From: a virus | DNA length: 64,000 nucleotides | IMG/VR virus record: IMGVR_UViG_3300042090_000199 | Location: 13,745-77,744 of that record | Reading direction: 5' to 3' (one strand) | Shown here: positions 37,238-46,330 of the stretch, one piece after another | How positions within the stretch are numbered: position 1 is the stretch's first letter | Layout of the letters: every line of letters starts with the position of its first letter | Translations under genes and position numbers: made by a program | The notes under the pieces: model-generated | Database searches by the model: none | What the model saw: only the letters and a program-made list of their open reading frames with translations | What the model was told of the DNA's origin: nothing

Positions 37238-37735
37238 TTACTGAACCACAAGTCCTACTTCACGCCAAGAAAACGCCATGTCCATCGAGTATGCTGCCCA
37301 GTTACGCGCGTCGCTATATATTCTCCTCGCTTCCGTATGAACCTCTGCATGTATAACACATGCAGGCGCGTAAGCCTTTCCCCCGAAATCAATCGTCAGA
37401 GCACGTCCGAAGACACCTGGGAGCTTACTCATTGAAGCAAGCCAGATCTGCTGCAGCAGGTTGTTAGCTGCGTACCAAGGTGGCTTATTCGATCCAGGCT
37501 TAGTCGCGTAAGCCTTAACCTCAATTAGAGGCTGTGCAATCGGCATACCTACCATAGGAGTTCCTCCTACAGCGGTTACCGTAATAAAGTTAGAGATCCC
37601 GTCTAGGTTCAGAGGCCACTGCTGTTCAGCAGGAGGCTGAGTAGACACCATACCAGGATTGAAGACACCAAACTGACCCGGAATACTGCCGATCCAGGCC
37701 ATAGCAACCAGTTCGCTATTGGGGTGAAGAGCCAT
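37238..37735 (-). CDS. Tail terminator-like protein
   Basis: Position; start ATG in TTATG after AGAGGGG. Confidence 0.65.
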   Translation of the reverse strand: MALHPNSELVAMAWIGSIPGQFGVFNPGMVSTQPPAEQQWPLNLDGISNFITVTAVGGTPMVGMPIAQPLIEVKAYATKPGSNKPPWYAANNLLQQIWLASMSKLPGVFGRALTIDFGGKAYAPACVIHAEVHTEARRIYSDARNWAAYSMDMAFSWREVGLVVQ

Positions 37736-38169
37736 AAGCCACCCCTCTTTCTCCGCTGTTGCGAAGCACGGAGCTGGATCCACTGATCGAGAGTAGTCGG
37801 ACGACCAAAGTGTTGAATACCAGGAGCTACCAACGGAGTAGTGCCCTCAGGGTCCTCTGGCGTCCTATACTTGTACAACGCAGGTCTCAAGAACGGCTCT
37901 TCAGGAACTATTTCAGGACCGACAGTATGAGTAAAGCGATGGAAGACACGGTGACCGAATTCTACATCCAACGTGTAAGCAGCCGTAGAGTAGATAATCA
38001 GTGTCAGGTTGTCTACGTAGTACTCAATTCCCGCTGCGAGTGCCCCCGTACGCTTAGGTGCATATCGTATCGCGTCTGCTGTGATCAAAGGCCCAAGAGT
38101 CACGTCGAGAAATTCTTCGACGTCAGCCTCTATATGCCCGATCGCATCGGGATCGATATAAACACGCAC
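37609..38169 (-). CDS. HK97 gp10-like neck protein
   Basis: AP.RTGAL...I, VEFG, PFLRPAL; may effectively end at TTA 37737. Confidence 0.75.
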   Translation of the reverse strand: MRVYIDPDAIGHIEADVEEFLDVTLGPLITADAIRYAPKRTGALAAGIEYYVDNLTLIIYSTAAYTLDVEFGHRVFHRFTHTVGPEIVPEEPFLRPALYKYRTPEDPEGTTPLVAPGIQHFGRPTTLDQWIQLRASQQRRKRGGLWLFTPIANWLLWPGSAVFRVSLVSSILVWCLLSLLLNSSGL

Positions 38170-38248
38170 TCGCCACGTCCCTCTACGTCAGTGGCACGAC
38201 AAAGTTCCTAGGCGTCTACCGCCCTGCAGATTTCGTCGCTCTATTCTA

Positions 38249-38278
38249 ATAATAACACACAACACACTAGGAAAGCTA
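38249..38278 (-). promoter_or_regulatory. Internal promoter for the tail genes
   Basis: Minus strand TAGCTT-N18-TATTAT with TG extension, in an AT-rich gap. Confidence 0.5.
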
Positions 38279-38315
38279 GGGTAAGTCACTAAAATACTTA
38301 ACGATACTAGTAAAA

Positions 38316-38648
38316 TTACAATTCCCTCCAGGTGTTCCCTTCATCGAGATAGCCATGCCAGTAGAAAGGCGAACTACCGCAGCCTATTGATGCACGGATC
38401 TCAAGAGAGCCATCTATGCACTCACGAAACGTCCAAGGAGGTTCGTACACACCATGGAGCCCGCTATGCTCATCAGGACGATCGAACTTGTCGACACCCT
38501 TATGTGTTGGGAGCAGAAACCATACGACACGATCTTCATGGCCTCCACTTATGATCGGATGCGGGCCAGTATAGTCACCGGCCCGCTCCAGATCATCAAG
38601 CGTCGGGACTCTACGAGCTGGAGTCAGGTTCACGGATCCGGTATCCAT
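38316..38648 (-). CDS. DUF6527-like small protein
   Basis: WTF....SL....SI......WHGYL..G.W. Confidence 0.5.
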   Translation of the reverse strand: MDTGSVNLTPARRVPTLDDLERAGDYTGPHPIISGGHEDRVVWFLLPTHKGVDKFDRPDEHSGLHGVYEPPWTFRECIDGSLEIRASIGCGSSPFYWHGYLDEGNTWREL

Positions 38649-38794
38649 CTCGCCTGAAACCAGGGTTCTTTGGATCAGGGCAGTGCCCATCCATATGGTG
38701 TAGAGTAGCTCCTTCCAGGCTTTCGTACCACGGAAGTATGAACCAGTCGAAGAACCAGTCGACTAGGAGAACGAACTTGCTCTTGTTATACATG

Positions 38795-39643
38795 TCACAC
38801 GATCATCTGCTTGTAGTCGACGTAGTTCCCGAGTAGGCCCAGAGTGGACGCATGAATCAGATAATCGCCGTCTAGACCGAAGCTCGGGCTCCAGGAGTTC
38901 CGGACCTTGATGATCGTCTTCTGCAGGTCGATAGCACCGGTAGCCTTGGCCTGTGCCAGCTGGACGATACCTCGCTCGCAGGTTTCGTGACCGCCTGCCA
39001 CACCTGACTCGATTGCCGCTTGAAGAGCGTCTACCGAACCGTCGCCATCGACGAAGCCATCTGAGTCGGGCTGCATCCAGGACTTGAACCATGGAGCGCC
39101 CTGAATGACCGTACCTGTCTGGAGAGCGAGCAGCGCTCCCTGAACATTGTGCGGAACGTTGTAGTCCTTGACAAGCCCGCTAGCTACCGCGAACTCGCAG
39201 CAGTACGACCCTGTCGAACCGCAGTCTGCAGGAGGCCACTCCTGAGACTGGTCTTGAGTCTGATCGGTATCCAGGTGGTAGAACACGATAGCCCACTGCT
39301 CGTTAGCTGCGGGCGAGTTAGGCGACATACGCCAGATCTTGCCACCGAAACCGATCTCGAGCGACTCGAGATCCTTGCCTGCTGTAACCGACAGCTGAGC
39401 GATATGCGCCGTCGAAGCATTCGCAGTACAGGACCCAAGCGCGTCTACCGTAGGCGCTCCAGGAACCAAAGTCGACGTATCGATCGACTGTGCGAGTAGG
39501 TCCTCCTGGTCAAGAACCGGAATCGGGATATCCCAGTTGACTTCCTTGAGAGACTCCGTCGAGTGAAACAGAGCTCTCGGGAGCAGATGCTTCTCATCGA
39601 TGCTGTACTGACCGAACTTGGTCCGTGTCGCGCCTGCGTACAT
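38795..39643 (-). CDS. Papain-like cysteine peptidase (C1-type)
   Basis: DQ...GSCTANA, GGHE, RNSWS.SFG..G; likely start ATG 39643. Confidence 0.8.
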   Translation of the reverse strand: MYAGATRTKFGQYSIDEKHLLPRALFHSTESLKEVNWDIPIPVLDQEDLLAQSIDTSTLVPGAPTVDALGSCTANASTAHIAQLSVTAGKDLESLEIGFGGKIWRMSPNSPAANEQWAIVFYHLDTDQTQDQSQEWPPADCGSTGSYCCEFAVASGLVKDYNVPHNVQGALLALQTGTVIQGAPWFKSWMQPDSDGFVDGDGSVDALQAAIESGVAGGHETCERGIVQLAQAKATGAIDLQKTIIKVRNSWSPSFGLDGDYLIHASTLGLLGNYVDYKQMIV

Positions 39644-40083
39644 AAGGAGATCATGCCTTTCACGAATTCGTAAGCTGCCCAGTCTGACGCGCTGACGAGG
39701 TGAACTCCACCATGTCCGCGATGATGCCATACGCACAGCAACGTCAGGTTCTGGTCGGAATCGATCCATGCGCCGATTCCCTCTTGTGAAACACCTGGAT
39801 AGAACTGTTCCAGGAGCTTGATATCGACGCCATTCTGGAGCGCGAACTCGATAACTGAGTGATGCGCTTCCAGAGGCTTCGTGAGATCGCACTCAGAGAA
39901 GTCAGGACGATACCTCTTAGCGAAGTCGCAGTCGTACGTACCTGCAGCTCTTCGTCGCCGCTTCCACTCCTCGAAATCGACGTGGTGAGGATCGTTTGCT
40001 CGAGGCTCGTGGGCTGGATAATGGACGGTGTAGTTATGGGCGACTGTCTGTACATGAGCAGGCACCTCCTGTGGAGTAGTCAC
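39445..40083 (-). CDS. His-rich HNH-like protein
   Basis: LEAHH..IE, NL..LC..HHRG..GVH; may effectively end at TTA 39645. Confidence 0.6.
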   Translation of the reverse strand: MTTPQEVPAHVQTVAHNYTVHYPAHEPRANDPHHVDFEEWKRRRRAAGTYDCDFAKRYRPDFSECDLTKPLEAHHSVIEFALQNGVDIKLLEQFYPGVSQEGIGAWIDSDQNLTLLCVWHHRGHGGVHLVSASDWAAYEFVKGMISLCTQARHGPSSVSTASMRSICSRELCFTRRSLSRKSTGISRFRFLTRRTYSHSRSIRRLWFLERLR

Positions 40084-40098
40084 AGGTGGAGTCCTTTA

Positions 40099-40260
40099 CT
40101 AAGGCCTAGTCCAAGGCGACCAGCCCCATACTGTCTGGAGCGCGAGAAACGCGAGTCCTGCAGCGACGATCGCGATCAGGTGTGAGACGGACACTGTCTT
40201 GTCGATCCACGCCAGGATCGTTACGATGACGAAGAGTACGAATGCGATGAGACCGAACAT
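40099..40260 (-). CDS. Small two-TM membrane protein
   Basis: Hydrophobic 53 aa; RBS AGGAGG. Confidence 0.6.
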   Translation of the reverse strand: MFGLIAFVLFVIVTILAWIDKTVSVSHLIAIVAAGLAFLALQTVWGWSPWTRP

Positions 40261-40280
40261 GTCTAATCCTCCTAGAGATT

Positions 40281-40673
40281 CTATCCGCAACCAAACTCCT
40301 CGCGGATAGTTACGAAGCCCAAGTACAACTCATATTGCTGTTCCCGGGCTACATTGGTTGTAGGATTCGGTGGAGCAGTTACAGGAGTAGCCGTCAGTAG
40401 CCTCATAATCGAGCACCACTTAGCGTCATTGTCCAGTACTGCTTGATGCGCGGCTATCTGTACATGCTGTGTTGCGTGAGCCTGCGCTATCACGAGATAG
40501 ACGACAGCCCCGATAAGCCCTGCAATAACAAGGCCTTGACAGAACACTAGCCACCAGTATACCTTCATGCCCGCGCTTGCGAAGCGCTGCAAATCCGTCT
40601 TCGCTTGATAATGTTGATTTGGATCTGGGTGTTCAGGGAATGGTTCAGGAAGCGCGATCGGTCCGTCCGGCAT
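40281..40673 (-). CDS. Membrane protein ending in GC
   Basis: TM helix, WC...C-terminal GC pattern of actinophage lysis-region proteins. Confidence 0.6.
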   Translation of the reverse strand: MPDGPIALPEPFPEHPDPNQHYQAKTDLQRFASAGMKVYWWLVFCQGLVIAGLIGAVVYLVIAQAHATQHVQIAAHQAVLDNDAKWCSIMRLLTATPVTAPPNPTTNVAREQQYELYLGFVTIREEFGCG

Positions 40674-41001
40674 GCGACATTCCTTCCAGTATTGTCTGTA
40701 TATGTTCTACTTTCTCAAGCAGTTGACCTATGACTTGTCGACCTGTCGCTAGGTCCTTCAGCATAGAGACCTGTCCTCGAAGATCCGCTATCTCCGCAGC
40801 CTGTCCCTTATTCTGTTCCTGTAGTTCCTTAATCTGATCCGCATACGCAGCTGCTCGCTCCTGCCAAGCATTTGCCGTACCTTGATAGACCTGGATCAGT
40901 TGAGTATTCCGAGACGTCTTGAACGCAAAGTATGCTCCCGCAGCGGTTGCGAAAGCAAGAGCAGCCCCTAGAACCGCCGTGAGCACATAGACCGAGTTCA
41001 C
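40645..41001 (-). CDS. Membrane-anchored coiled-coil protein
   Basis: N-terminal TM plus heptad repeats. Confidence 0.6.
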   Translation of the reverse strand: MNSVYVLTAVLGAALAFATAAGAYFAFKTSRNTQLIQVYQGTANAWQERAAAYADQIKELQEQNKGQAAEIADLRGQVSMLKDLATGRQVIGQLLEKVEHIQTILEGMSHAGRTDRAS

Positions 41002-41375
41002 TAAGCCGCCTCAGTAGTAGTTACGCGCTTCAGAGTAACTAGAATGTCAGGCGTCGCCCCTGCATTTCCAAGCACAGTCACTGCATACACCTGATAGATA
41101 AGACCTGTATACTGATCAAGCACTTGATCAGTATTTCTGATATCGGTCCCCGAAGGAAGAGTACAGGCAGCTAGACGCGTCGTGCTAGGCTCAGGCATAG
41201 CAGGCTCGAAGACCTGCTGACCTAGAACGATAGGACGCAGAGGGCTCATAGTCGGATAACTAAGGAACGCTATGATGTTCGTGTATACAGCTACAGGCGT
41301 ATCGATCGTGTCGCCGAAACTGTCTGTTGACGTTCCTCTCAGGATCGTCACCAGTGTGTTAGCGATTGCATACAT
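41001..41375 (-). CDS. Head-to-tail stopper
   Basis: TILRG...D.FGD, GTDI...D, Y.V..V, L.R. Confidence 0.7.
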   Translation of the reverse strand: MYAIANTLVTILRGTSTDSFGDTIDTPVAVYTNIIAFLSYPTMSPLRPIVLGQQVFEPAMPEPSTTRLAACTLPSGTDIRNTDQVLDQYTGLIYQVYAVTVLGNAGATPDILVTLKRVTTTEAA

Positions 41376-41383
41376 CGCTTCTC

Positions 41384-41905
41384 CTAGTAGTCCGGACCTG
41401 AGGGAGCACCGCCGTAACCACCTATCGGGCTCCACGGGAAGATGTACTCACCGAAGTTCACACTGTTCGCAGCATACAGGTCTTCGAAGGGCGACCTGAC
41501 GTGCAGCGCACGACTACGTAGCCATGAGACCCTAGACAGAGCCTTTCTAACTAGGGGCCCGACCATGAGAGCATTGTCGTTGTTCAACTTGATTGGTGCA
41601 CGCATCGTCTGGATAGAATCCAGCTCGAGGCGTGTGAAGAGGTCGGGCTGCTGCTGCATCCACAGCGTCTGGTATACAACAGCCAACGTCAAGTAGTAAT
41701 AGTCAGTTGCGCCGACATTTTCGAACCAGTTGTACGTGATCGCTTCCTGAGAACTCGGATCGGTCCAGGTGAATACATAAGGCCGTCCGGTAAACAGATC
41801 GACAATCGATCCTGCATACTGAACCTGGGATAGTGTAACCGTCTGGCCTGTAATGTTCAGAACATCTGAAGGCATAGCCCAGGTGTTCGAAGCGTTAGCT
41901 GCCAT
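41384..41905 (-). CDS. Head-to-tail adaptor
   Basis: WA...DV..ITG..V, AV.YQ..W, PL....L.R.SW. Confidence 0.7.
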   Translation of the reverse strand: MAANASNTWAMPSDVLNITGQTVTLSQVQYAGSIVDLFTGRPYVFTWTDPSSQEAITYNWFENVGATDYYYLTLAVVYQTLWMQQQPDLFTRLELDSIQTMRAPIKLNNDNALMVGPLVRKALSRVSWLRSRALHVRSPFEDLYAANSVNFGEYIFPWSPIGGYGGAPSGPDY

Positions 41906-43793
41906 CTTGGTCATCATCCTCTCTAAGCTTCTGGCGCTCCTGGGCAGCCAAGCGAGCTCCCTTTATTTGCCTACGTCTAGCTGTGCGAGCCTGCTTAGCA
42001 CGAGCCCAACTTGCCATAGGAATTTGCTTCTCCCTAACTAGTTGGGCTTCCAGTTGCAAGATAGGTCTAGGAACCTCCAAGACCAAGTCTCCTCGTGACT
42101 CGCATCCGAACATCTCATAGCGCGTCAATGGCAGCATCATGCTGCCACAATTCAGGAACAGAATCAGCAACACGCCGTTATGCACCACTACACCATTGAG
42201 ATTCGTGGACACAGTCGGCAGATTCAGCTGCAGGGATCCCGTTTCGCGCCCAACACGCCCCACGATGTTAGTCACTACCGTCGGGATCGTCAGCGCTAGC
42301 GCTCCCGACTCCGTTAGCTGAACGACTCCTAGCCAGTTATAGATCAAAGGCGCTGGCAAGACAATATTCAGCTGCCCATGGTAAACCTTGCCCTGCAAGT
42401 TTAGGACCGGAGGCGGCAGGTAGATATTCAGCAAACCAGATTCGAGTATACTACGACACCCAGGAGGCAAGATGATAATTAGCGCACCTGAGTGCGTCGG
42501 GATAATTACATTGCCTGCCAGTGGCATCAGCGGCAGTGGCAACACAATTGACAATGCGCCGTAGTGAGTTACAACACCCGACAAACTCACGCTTGGAGGC
42601 GGCAAGGTCCAAGCAATGAAATTGGTCGGCGTCTTCGCTGTCTGAACGACCTGCTGCCGTCGATAATGGAAGCGCCGATAAGCTGCACCGCCAGGCTGCT
42701 GTACCGGCGAAGGTATCGTGACCAATCCAGACAATGATGTCTGGACTGTAGGTACCGTAATCGCCAGCGCGCCTGCATGACCGTCGGTTCCAGTCAATGC
42801 CGGAACGAGCGTCGGCAATAGGATCGCGAGCGAGCCTGTATGAACCGGAGCACCTGTTAGCGTCACTACAGGCTTTGGCAAGGTGATAGCCAGGGAGCCC
42901 TGGTGCGCGACCTTACCAGATATCGCTGTGACTAGTGTTGGCACCGTAACGGCAAGCGAGCCCTTATGGACAACTACACCTGTTAGGCTCGTAGTCAGCG
43001 TCGGGACTACAATCGTTAGCGATCCAGACTCACAAACCGGATTCGTAACCTGACGCTGTATTCTGTAACGGCGCCGACGATACTTCGGGCCTCCAAGCTG
43101 CTGAGGCTGCGGCGGAGGCGCGAGAGCGGCAGTAGCAAAGAACGTTGCAACGATAGCAGCATAGTCGGATGACGCAGCGAACGACCCCGAGTATGTGAAT
43201 GAGCTTATTGAAGAGACAACCTGATACCCGACCAACAGACCAAAGTGCGCGCTGGCACTAGTTTCCTGCGTCAGGTTAGTCCAGGGCGAAGTCGGCCCAG
43301 TAATCGAGCCGATACCGGACGCATTAAAACCAAGAACGCATCCGATTACTACTTCGTTCGACTGAGTAGTCGTACCTGACGCCAAAGAAGACCAAGACGA
43401 GCTGGCAGTGCCTGGCTGTCCATTCGTCTTATCGACCGGACTAGAAGGAACTATTCCAGACCATTCCATAACTATGACATCGGCCGAGCCGCTATCAGTT
43501 GTAGGAGTGATCGCTATCGAGAGGGCAGTCTGTCCGCCAGCACAGCCTGGGTCCGCCCACATGAACCCTGTGTTGCTAGCAGATGTTGGATTTCCTACAG
43601 GAGCGATAACTTGAGCAAAGTTGCCAGCCGCTCCGCCCAGGGTAATACCGCTGATCGTTGGGTTGCCTGGACTCGCGCTAGTGCCGAAACAGACAATCAA
43701 GCAGTTGCCTGGTCCTGTCGGCGCCAAGGTTACGCCGATCGGCCCGGTAAGCGTCGCTGTGGTGGCTGGAACGGCTTGGATGAGTGACGCCAT
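41895..43793 (-). CDS. Large virion accessory protein with ~22-aa repeats
   Basis: Ser/Thr/Gly-rich N-terminal domain, two QQxGG..YRR linkers, repeated HxG(S/A)L(A/T)I(T/V)(L/V)P. Confidence 0.6.
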   Translation of the reverse strand: MASLIQAVPATTATLTGPIGVTLAPTGPGNCLIVCFGTSASPGNPTISGITLGGAAGNFAQVIAPVGNPTSASNTGFMWADPGCAGGQTALSIAITPTTDSGSADVIVMEWSGIVPSSPVDKTNGQPGTASSSWSSLASGTTTQSNEVVIGCVLGFNASGIGSITGPTSPWTNLTQETSASAHFGLLVGYQVVSSISSFTYSGSFAASSDYAAIVATFFATAALAPPPQPQQLGGPKYRRRRYRIQRQVTNPVCESGSLTIVVPTLTTSLTGVVVHKGSLAVTVPTLVTAISGKVAHQGSLAITLPKPVVTLTGAPVHTGSLAILLPTLVPALTGTDGHAGALAITVPTVQTSLSGLVTIPSPVQQPGGAAYRRFHYRRQQVVQTAKTPTNFIAWTLPPPSVSLSGVVTHYGALSIVLPLPLMPLAGNVIIPTHSGALIIILPPGCRSILESGLLNIYLPPPVLNLQGKVYHGQLNIVLPAPLIYNWLGVVQLTESGALALTIPTVVTNIVGRVGRETGSLQLNLPTVSTNLNGVVVHNGVLLILFLNCGSMMLPLTRYEMFGCESRGDLVLEVPRPILQLEAQLVREKQIPMASWARAKQARTARRRQIKGARLAAQERQKLREDDDQDGS

Positions 43794-43833
43794 CAGCTCA
43801 CCTCACCTCGCTAGTAGGCGCGCGCCTCCGGAG

Positions 43834-44415
43834 CTAGTTCTCGCCATACACCTTGAACTGCTGCAGCGTCGTTGTGTTGCTCGCAGACGATGCCGACCAG
43901 GTCCCGAAGAGTTCTAGCCAGAACGGGATCTCATTGTTCAGACCTGTCAGGTTGTTCGCGAACTGTGCGGTCTGCATGCCAGTGCCCCATGCGCCAGAGG
44001 ACGCTACGTTGTTCACCCTCGCAGTGCCATTGAACTGCAGCGTAGTCCCAAGGTTACCAACAGCCTGACACGTAATGTCGCCGACTAGGTCCCACGTTGC
44101 AGTGACAGAAGCCGTAGGTGTCAGCGCGGCTGACGTGAATAGCGTCGCGCCGCCCGAGCCTGCGATCGTTCCTGCTGCAGCATCGAGACCAGCCGCGAAA
44201 ATGAACGTTGCCGCACCAGTATTCGCGATCGTGCCTGCCGCCCAAAAGTGGATCGACTTGCCAACCGCACTGAAGTACAGTGCCGGAATTAGGCATCGCG
44301 GGACTGAGCTAGACGCGATCGCCGAAATAGGCGCCTGCGTCGTGTAGGTGTTCTTGGTGACCGCAGTCGTTAGCTCGTAGTACAGCTCACCTTGCGTCAG
44401 TGTGTAACCAGACAT
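43834..44415 (-). CDS. Virion structural protein
   Basis: Ala/Thr-rich; RBS GGAGG; head cluster. Confidence 0.6.
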   Translation of the reverse strand: MSGYTLTQGELYYELTTAVTKNTYTTQAPISAIASSSVPRCLIPALYFSAVGKSIHFWAAGTIANTGAATFIFAAGLDAAAGTIAGSGGATLFTSAALTPTASVTATWDLVGDITCQAVGNLGTTLQFNGTARVNNVASSGAWGTGMQTAQFANNLTGLNNEIPFWLELFGTWSASSASNTTTLQQFKVYGEN

Positions 44416-44427
44416 GTAACCTCCCTA

Positions 44428-44844
44428 CTACGTAGTCGTCCAGGCGATCGTCGGCGTACCAGTAATCGCCACGTTGTCGCCGGAGGTGATACCTGTAGAC
44501 GACAAGTTGAAGTCTGCGCCTGACGTACCGACGGTTCCCTGCAGAAGCGCTGTACTGCCGGAGTTTAGGACACGAAAGAACGTTGCCGTGCCGGTAGCAC
44601 TGGCAGTTACTGTGGTCGTCGGGATGTCTAGCGTCTCGACACCACCTGACGGCGCCGCCCAAGAGGTAGCAGCTGCGAAGGCCCACGTCGCCAGTACAGT
44701 GTTACCCGACAAGGCTTCGTTCGGGCCTGTCGGCGGGGTGCCGCTATAGACCACGATCGATCCGCCGCCGAACTGGTCAGCAAGCGACGTGCCGCTATGC
44801 TGAAGCAGGGCGTTCGCGAACGCGTTCGAGAGGAGAATCGTCAC
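44428..44844 (-). CDS. Virion structural protein (decoration/fibre-like)
   Basis: YSGT.P...A..GTA.FFR...QGTVG.SGAD pattern. Confidence 0.65.
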   Translation of the reverse strand: MTILLSNAFANALLQHSGTSLADQFGGGSIVVYSGTPPTGPNEALSGNTVLATWAFAAATSWAAPSGGVETLDIPTTTVTASATGTATFFRVLNSGSTALLQGTVGTSGADFNLSSTGITSGDNVAITGTPTIAWTTT

Positions 44845-44852
44845 GATAGCTC

Positions 44853-45185
44853 CTAGGCGTAACGAACCGCAACGCGGAAGCTATTATCGTCCTTGTTGTA
44901 GGGAAGTACGTCACCATCGACGACGTAACCAGCCCTACGAACTCGGTCCTCGACGTGGTGACGTACAGCCTCGATGCTAGGCTCTATCTCACCTGGGGAA
45001 GGATACTCGAACACCGCCCAGCCACCGCCTTGATGACTAGCCCCATCTGGGTTGTACTGATCGACGACGAGGTCCTTAGGGGGACGAGGCCTAGCAGTCC
45101 TCTTCGGGTTATCCTTGCCACCCTTGGGGTAGGAGTCGCCCTTGCCGACAGCACTCGCCGACAGTTCCTCTTCGTTCTCGGCCAT
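44853..45185 (-). CDS. Hypothetical protein
   Basis: RBS AGGAG after the capsid hairpin. Confidence 0.55.
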   Translation of the reverse strand: MAENEEELSASAVGKGDSYPKGGKDNPKRTARPRPPKDLVVDQYNPDGASHQGGGWAVFEYPSPGEIEPSIEAVRHHVEDRVRRAGYVVDGDVLPYNKDDNSFRVAVRYA

Positions 45186-45202
45186 TGAAGGTCTCCTCTC
45201 TA

Positions 45203-45242
45203 GGCGGGGACGGACGGTCTTCCATACCGCCCGTCCCCCGCC
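45203..45242 (-). terminator. Hairpin after the major capsid gene
   Basis: GGCGGGGACGGACGGT...ACCGCCCGTCCCCCGCC. Confidence 0.65.
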
Positions 45243-45245
45243 GAA

Positions 45246-46283
45246 CTAGTTGCAGGCCTCGAACGCGGCGAACGCGTACTCGACACCCATCGAGAACGCA
45301 CGCCTCATGCGACCACGCAGGATGGTCGTGTCTGTACCGCTGTACATGGGCGGCACGATCTGGAACTCAGGCGTGGCCTGTGGGTTGTTCGGGTTCGTGG
45401 TTCTCTTACCCGCGAGCAGGTACAGGCGGTTGCAGAAGATGAGAAGACGGTTACCCGCCGTACCAGCCGCCGCGGAGCCTGTCGAGCCTGAGTAGTTCGG
45501 CACCGCGAACGTCGAAGCAGGAGCGGTCGTGACCGTCGCACCCAGACTCCAGAACACCGGGATGCGGAAGATCAGGTCCGGAGTCGGACCCTGGCCGCCG
45601 CCGGGGAACCCGCCAGACGACTCCTGGAAGATCGGTCGGCTCTGCCCGTCCACGATACCTCGCAGCTGCTGCCGGAAGTACGGGTGGGCAATGCAGATCA
45701 TGTCCTCCTCGTTGAAGTAGTCACCCTGTTCGACCTGTCCTAGCGTCGTCGAGAGCTGTGCGTACGTGACCGCTCCGTGCGACAGCGCTGCACCCGAAGT
45801 CAGGTTCGCACCACCGGTGTACCCGTCAGACGCATTGGTGTGACCCAAGCCGTAGTAGACCGACGTGGTCTGCGCGTTCGTAGCACCCGGCGCCGCGTTG
45901 ACTCCGAGAGCCGCGTTGTCATAGACCTTGGCGAGAGCCGTACCGATCGCGTTGGACTTGGAGTTGATGATGTCAGCGAGGGAGTCCATGATGTCTTCCT
46001 CGGCGATGTCAACTTCCGTACCCCACTTGCCGGCGGTCAGAAGCACCGCGTCTTCAGCGTCGTCGTTGGTACCGAAGCCCTGCGAACCGCCGCCGACCGC
46101 GTACGTGCTGCCCTTAGTCACAAGGCCAGCCTGGACACCCTGGTCACGCGACACGTAGCGTGAATTGGACGTCATCATGATCTGCTGACCGAACGACTCA
46201 ACAGCGCTGTGCTGGGTGACCCTCTGGATCACCTGGGCCCCGTATTCAACCGGGATCCAGTTGGTAAACGTGGACTGAGCCAC
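45246..46283 (-). CDS. Major capsid protein (HK97 fold)
   Basis: WIP.E....VI, LA..YDNA.LG, LR...D..GRP-like DGQSRPIF, R.RR.F; strong codon bias; follows scaffold. Confidence 0.88.
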   Translation of the reverse strand: MAQSTFTNWIPVEYGAQVIQRVTQHSAVESFGQQIMMTSNSRYVSRDQGVQAGLVTKGSTYAVGGGSQGFGTNDDAEDAVLLTAGKWGTEVDIAEEDIMDSLADIINSKSNAIGTALAKVYDNAALGVNAAPGATNAQTTSVYYGLGHTNASDGYTGGANLTSGAALSHGAVTYAQLSTTLGQVEQGDYFNEEDMICIAHPYFRQQLRGIVDGQSRPIFQESSGGFPGGGQGPTPDLIFRIPVFWSLGATVTTAPASTFAVPNYSGSTGSAAAGTAGNRLLIFCNRLYLLAGKRTTNPNNPQATPEFQIVPPMYSGTDTTILRGRMRRAFSMGVEYAFAAFEACN

Positions 46284-46330
46284 GCTTCACCTCCTTTATC
46301 AAAGTCGTCACACAGCGGTGGCCGACTTAC

